Positions 60,137-64,000 of a stretch of DNA of 64,000 nucleotides are shown here, piece by piece (position 1 is the stretch's first letter; every line of letters begins with the position of its first letter). Under the pieces are notes generated by a model. It saw nothing but the letters and a program-made list of their open reading frames with translations. It was not told the origin of the DNA and searched no databases. A program made the translations under genes and the position numbers. Where the stretch lies: positions 864,001 through 928,000 of the forward strand of contig OY760907.1 of the NCBI GenBank assembly GCA_963664195.1. Direction: 5' to 3'. The stretch comes from an uncultured candidate division Zixibacteria bacterium (GTDB taxonomy: Bacteria; Zixibacteria; MSB-5A5; GN15; FEB-12).

Positions 60137-60851
60137 TGTCGACCTCAGGATGCAGGTTGTACGCGGTTGACATGGCCACACGAACACCTTTACCCGGCGT
60201 AGATTCTACAGTGATGTCACCTCCAAGATAGGATAGCCGTTCACGGATGCTAAATAACCCAAAACAGTTGGCATCAGTCAATCTTGCCTCATACGAGGTC
60301 GTATCAAAACCCTGACCGTTGTCAGTAACAGATACCTCCAAACCATCCTCTTTCCAAATAGTGTGAATCTTGATGCGAGTAGCCGAGGCATGTTTCACCG
60401 CATTCGTAACCAACTCCTGAACGGCCTTGAAGAAGAACACGCTGATTTCCTCCGAAAGCTCCCGGAATGTCCCGGACTCGGATGACCCGACCTGGATGTC
60501 ATGACGATTGCTCGTGCGCTCAGCCAACCAGTCAAGCGCCGCGGGAAGACCCAATTCGTACAACACCGGGGGACTGATCTCGACGGTTAGATTGCGGGTA
60601 TACGTGATGGTCTGCCTCAGAATCGACAATATCTCGGAGAAATCCTCCTCCATACCGGAGAACACCGCGTTGCCCTGCAGTCTGCTTACTTTCTGCGATA
60701 CATACGCCAGCGCCTGTCCGATATGGTCATGCAGGTCCGAGGCAATCTCTCGACGTTCCCGCGCCTCGGCCAGCGACAGCTCCGATGCCAGACGGCGAAG
60801 TTGCCGTTGATAGCTCCGAATCTGTTGTTCTGTTTCTGACGTGTCCGCCAT
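60129..60851 (-). CDS. HisKA_3 histidine kinase without sensor domain
   Basis: ERREIASDLHD, ELVTNAVKH, DNGQGF, GLFSIRER. Confidence 0.9.
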   Translation of the reverse strand: MADTSETEQQIRSYQRQLRRLASELSLAEARERREIASDLHDHIGQALAYVSQKVSRLQGNAVFSGMEEDFSEILSILRQTITYTRNLTVEISPPVLYELGLPAALDWLAERTSNRHDIQVGSSESGTFRELSEEISVFFFKAVQELVTNAVKHASATRIKIHTIWKEDGLEVSVTDNGQGFDTTSYEARLTDANCFGLFSIRERLSYLGGDITVESTPGKGVRVAMSTAYNLHPEVDND

Positions 60852-61095
60852 CCCGTTCATTCCTCGCCGGACTGAGTACCGACCTGCGGTGGTCTGTCAC
60901 ATGACGCAAAGATACATCCACTCGACAAAATGCGCAAACGCCTAAAAAAACGGCATCCGGACCAATATCACCCCCTTCCCCTGCATGTCCTTGTCACACA
61001 ATCACTTCACGAAAACACCTATGGAACGGACGTGCTGCAAGATGCGCCTGCTGTGCTTGACCGATCGACAGGGTACATGAACATCGTTTACCCGC

Positions 61096-61123
61096 TTGAC
61101 TTCCGCAGACAAAATGTTATGAT
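61096..61123 (+). promoter_or_regulatory. sigma70 promoter of the Rh gene
   Basis: TTGACT-16-TATGAT with TG extension. Confidence 0.55.
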
Positions 61124-61311
61124 CCCCCCGATAGGGACACTGACTTACACAAACCAACGCTGGGATCTCCCCGGTCCCGGTGGTTGCACATTATGAACCG
61201 GATTCGCGCTGCGCAGGTGACGCCCCCCCTTCAAGCAATCAGTGCTTCGAACGGACGTACACACGTGACAAGGCTGTGTTCGCGGACTCCGGCACGACAG
61301 GAGAAACTGAA

Positions 61312-62574
61312 TTGAAGAAGCATCGCATGCTGCCTTCGATCGCACTTCTTGCTGCGATCCTGGCAATTCTTCCAGAAACCGGCTTTGCGTCGGAGACAGT
61401 CGACTCTATAGTCGATGTTCAAAAGTACACTCGCTCCATCCACATCATGGCCATGTTGCTCGTCGGCTTTGGCTTCCTGATGGTCTTTGTGAAACGTTAC
61501 GGACGGTCGGCACTGACCGCCACGCTGCTGCTGACATCGGTCGCCATTCCGCTCTATCTCTGCATCAACAGCTTCGGCGTTCTGGGTCATGTGGAGCACG
61601 GCATTGATGGTCTCATTCTCGCCGAGTTCGCGGCGGCATCGTTGCTGATCTGTGCCGGTGCGGTGCTGGGCCGGCTGAAAATGTATCAGTATATCATACT
61701 TGGATTACTTTTCATTCCGTGCTACATGTTCAATGAATGGATCATGCTCGGCGGCGGTCTTGGACTGATTGAAGGAAGCGGATTCGCCGATACCGGAGGT
61801 TCAATTGTCATCCACGCCTTCGGCGCGCTCTTTGGGCTGGGCTTGATTATGACCCTCACGACCAAGAGAGAATATGACACACCGGTTGAGGCCGACGCGA
61901 CAAGTGATCGGTTTTCGATGCTCGGCAGTATGGTGCTGTGGGTATTCTGGCCAAGTTTCTGCGGCGCGCTGGTGCCGGCTGCCGATGTTCCGAGAACGGT
62001 TATCAATGTGATTATCGCTCTCTGCGGCGCAACGTTGGCAACCTATCTGACCTCGGTCGCATTGCGACGGAAAATCCTCATTGCCGACATTGCCAATGCC
62101 TCGCTGGCCGGTGGTGTGGCTATCGGTTCAACCTGTGACTTTGCCACACCCGCCAGCGCCATGATTATCGGCCTGCTGGCAGGTGCGCTGTCTGTATTCG
62201 GATTCGCGAAGATACTCCCCTGGTTGCAGGGAACCATTAAGAAGGTCGACACGTGCGGCGTCATGTACTTGCACGGACTCCCCGGATTGTTTGGCGGCAT
62301 CGCGGCCGTGTTTGTCGTGACTTCGGTAAGCTCCGGCGTGCAGTTGACCGGCATCGGTATTACAATCGCTGTTGCGATGGTTTCCGGGCTTTTCACCGGG
62401 TTGGTTGTCTCGTTCTTCGGGCGGCGTGATGTGGCCTACGAAGACTCAGAGGAATTCCTGGACGCTGAATACAACTTGGACGATCTGAGGAGAGCGCTTC
62501 CGGATTCCGTCCTGGGCCAAATGTCCCAAAACAAAGCGCCGGTTTTGGAAGCTCAGCCCCGCGAACTGGCATGA
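61312..62574 (+). CDS. Rhesus (Rh50)-type ammonium transporter
   Basis: VGFGFLMVF..RYG, GAVLG, DTGGSIVIHAFGA, LWVFWPSF, LAGGVAIG, DTCGV..LHGLPG; TTG start with AGGAG RBS. Confidence 0.9.
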   Translation: MKKHRMLPSIALLAAILAILPETGFASETVDSIVDVQKYTRSIHIMAMLLVGFGFLMVFVKRYGRSALTATLLLTSVAIPLYLCINSFGVLGHVEHGIDGLILAEFAAASLLICAGAVLGRLKMYQYIILGLLFIPCYMFNEWIMLGGGLGLIEGSGFADTGGSIVIHAFGALFGLGLIMTLTTKREYDTPVEADATSDRFSMLGSMVLWVFWPSFCGALVPAADVPRTVINVIIALCGATLATYLTSVALRRKILIADIANASLAGGVAIGSTCDFATPASAMIIGLLAGALSVFGFAKILPWLQGTIKKVDTCGVMYLHGLPGLFGGIAAVFVVTSVSSGVQLTGIGITIAVAMVSGLFTGLVVSFFGRRDVAYEDSEEFLDAEYNLDDLRRALPDSVLGQMSQNKAPVLEAQPRELA

Positions 62575-62602
62575 CGGTTTTCCCCTGATGTTTGATTTGC
62601 GT

Positions 62603-62641
62603 AAAAAGGTCGGCATCCAAACAGATGCCGACCCTTCTTTT
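62603..62641. terminator. bidirectional terminator
   Basis: ggtcggcatc-caaaca-gatgccgacc flanked by A and T runs. Confidence 0.75.
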
Positions 62642-62661
62642 GTAACTCTGTACGAGGACGT

Positions 62662-63675
62662 TTAGAAATCGTTTTGCAACACGATGCGATAACGAGCCTC
62701 GCCCGCACGAAGCGCGGCCAGAGCGTCGTTCACCCGTGACATCGGATACATCTGTATCTTCGGCTTGATGCCGTGTCGGTCGCAGAACTCCAGCATTCTC
62801 GCAGTCGTCGCGGGGCTTCCTAGCGGTGAGGCCGAAATGGAACGCTGGCCAACCAGTAACGGGAAGACGGTCACCGGCACCGGCTCCATGACAGCTCCGA
62901 CGAAGTGAAGTCTCCCCTTCGCTCTCAGCGCGTTCACATACATGTTCCAGTTCAGCGGCACGTTGACGGTCACCAGCAGGAAATCAAGCGTACCGGCAAT
63001 CTTCCCCAACTCGCTTTCATCACGTGAATTTACAACAGCATGTGCGCCAAAACCACGAGCTTCATCTGCCTTGCTTTCCGACGACGTAAACGCCGTTACA
63101 TGACAGCCCCATTTGTTGAGGAACTGGATGGCCATGTGCCCCAGCCCGCCGATCCCTACCACGCCAACCCGATCGGTCGGCTTGACATCGAATTGCACGA
63201 TAGGATTGAAGACCGTGACCCCGCCACAGAACAACGGCCCGGCGCCTTCCGGTTTCAGACCGGCCGGAAGCGGAATCGCCCAGTTATGGTGGCAGCGGAC
63301 TTTGTCGGCAAAACCACCGTGGCGGCCGACGATTGTTCCCTCGCCGCTTCCGCAAAGATTGTGGTCTCCGCTCATGCAGGAGCTGCATACGCCGCAGCTT
63401 TTCGAGGACCAGCCAAGGCCGACCCTCTGCCCCACTGTAAGGTGTTTCACATTGTCCCCGAGATTCTCGACCAACCCTATGACCTCGTGTCCGGGAACCA
63501 GCGGATACTGTGACATCTGCCAGCTATTGTCAATCATCGAGAGGTCCGAATGACAGATTCCGCAGTACTCTACCTTGATCTCAACGTCATCGACACCCAA
63601 CGATCCCGCCTTGTATGAAAACAACTCCAACTCCCCGCCAGCCGCCGTACACGCATATGCTTTGATCTTGCTCAA
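62662..63675 (-). CDS. ahr: Zn-dependent NADPH aldehyde reductase/alcohol dehydrogenase
   Basis: CGICHSD, GHE, GPLFCGG, GIGGLG; TTG start with AGGAG RBS. Confidence 0.88.
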   Translation of the reverse strand: MSKIKAYACTAAGGELELFSYKAGSLGVDDVEIKVEYCGICHSDLSMIDNSWQMSQYPLVPGHEVIGLVENLGDNVKHLTVGQRVGLGWSSKSCGVCSSCMSGDHNLCGSGEGTIVGRHGGFADKVRCHHNWAIPLPAGLKPEGAGPLFCGGVTVFNPIVQFDVKPTDRVGVVGIGGLGHMAIQFLNKWGCHVTAFTSSESKADEARGFGAHAVVNSRDESELGKIAGTLDFLLVTVNVPLNWNMYVNALRAKGRLHFVGAVMEPVPVTVFPLLVGQRSISASPLGSPATTARMLEFCDRHGIKPKIQMYPMSRVNDALAALRAGEARYRIVLQNDF

Positions 63676-63769
63676 TTGGTGACTCCTTCTTTTCAGTATT
63701 GCATTGAGATAACAGATATCAAGACAACAGCCGGAGTAGCCCAAAAGGTCCGGCCTGCGCAAACATGAA

Positions 63770-64000
63770 TCAGTCTTTTTGCCAAAACGCGTGACCTGAG
63801 TAGGTCATCGCGCTGTCGGGGAGAATGACCACGATTAGACCAGATGTCATCTCGCGGGCCACTCTCAGCGCACAGACCACAGCCGCGGCGGAATTCAGCC
63901 CGAGCAGAAGCCCCTCGTTCCGCGCAAGCTCCCGTGCCATGGCCGTGGCTTCCTCGCACGAAATCTGATAATGCCGATCTGCCAGGTTCGGATCATAGAT
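63770..64000 (-). CDS. cysteine synthase family protein, C-terminal part (truncated by window edge)
   Basis: Manual translation IYDPNLAD..EEATAMARELARNEGLLLG..IVVILPDS. Confidence 0.75.
   Translation of the reverse strand: MYDPNLADRHYQISCEEATAMARELARNEGLLLGLNSAAAVVCALRVAREMTSGLIVVILPDSAMTYSGHAFWQKD

Overview
Bacterial chromosomal window, moderately GC-rich, from a diderm. Gene content (PorV-like barrel, HprK, SurA, secreted Gly-rich fibre protein) suggests an FCB-group or Zixibacteria-like organism; this is inference only. The left third is housekeeping on the minus strand: etfB, an H1-like basic protein, the yceD-rpmF-plsX-fabHDG-acpP-fabF-rnc cluster, and a full F1Fo atp operon with an outer-membrane beta-barrel gene between atpA and atpG. 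The middle holds a DUF3365 cytochrome, sixA, a BlaI/M56 pair, a PorV-like gene, an HMA protein, arsR-acr3-arsC, sodB, an hprK-PPIase-surA-S4-Zn finger cluster, a PDZ protein and tRNA-Asn. After the tRNA lies the best candidate for an undescribed system: an EctR/CosR-like MarR regulator divergent from a run of genes encoding a GNAT acetyltransferase, two different PLP racemases and a Na+/solute symporter. My hypothesis is a racemise-then-acetylate compatible-solute pathway. The right part is accessory: MBL hydrolase, fibre protein plus astacin, DinB, OmpA, minor pilins, a stand-alone OLD nuclease, a kinase, a Cys-rich metallothionein-like pair, a dual Amt + Rhesus ammonium locus with a sensor-less two-component system, Ahr and a partial cysteine synthase. 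Several REP-like palindrome families are scattered through the spacers. No CRISPR, rRNA, integrase or transposase was seen. All calls come from reading motifs by eye; no searches were run.
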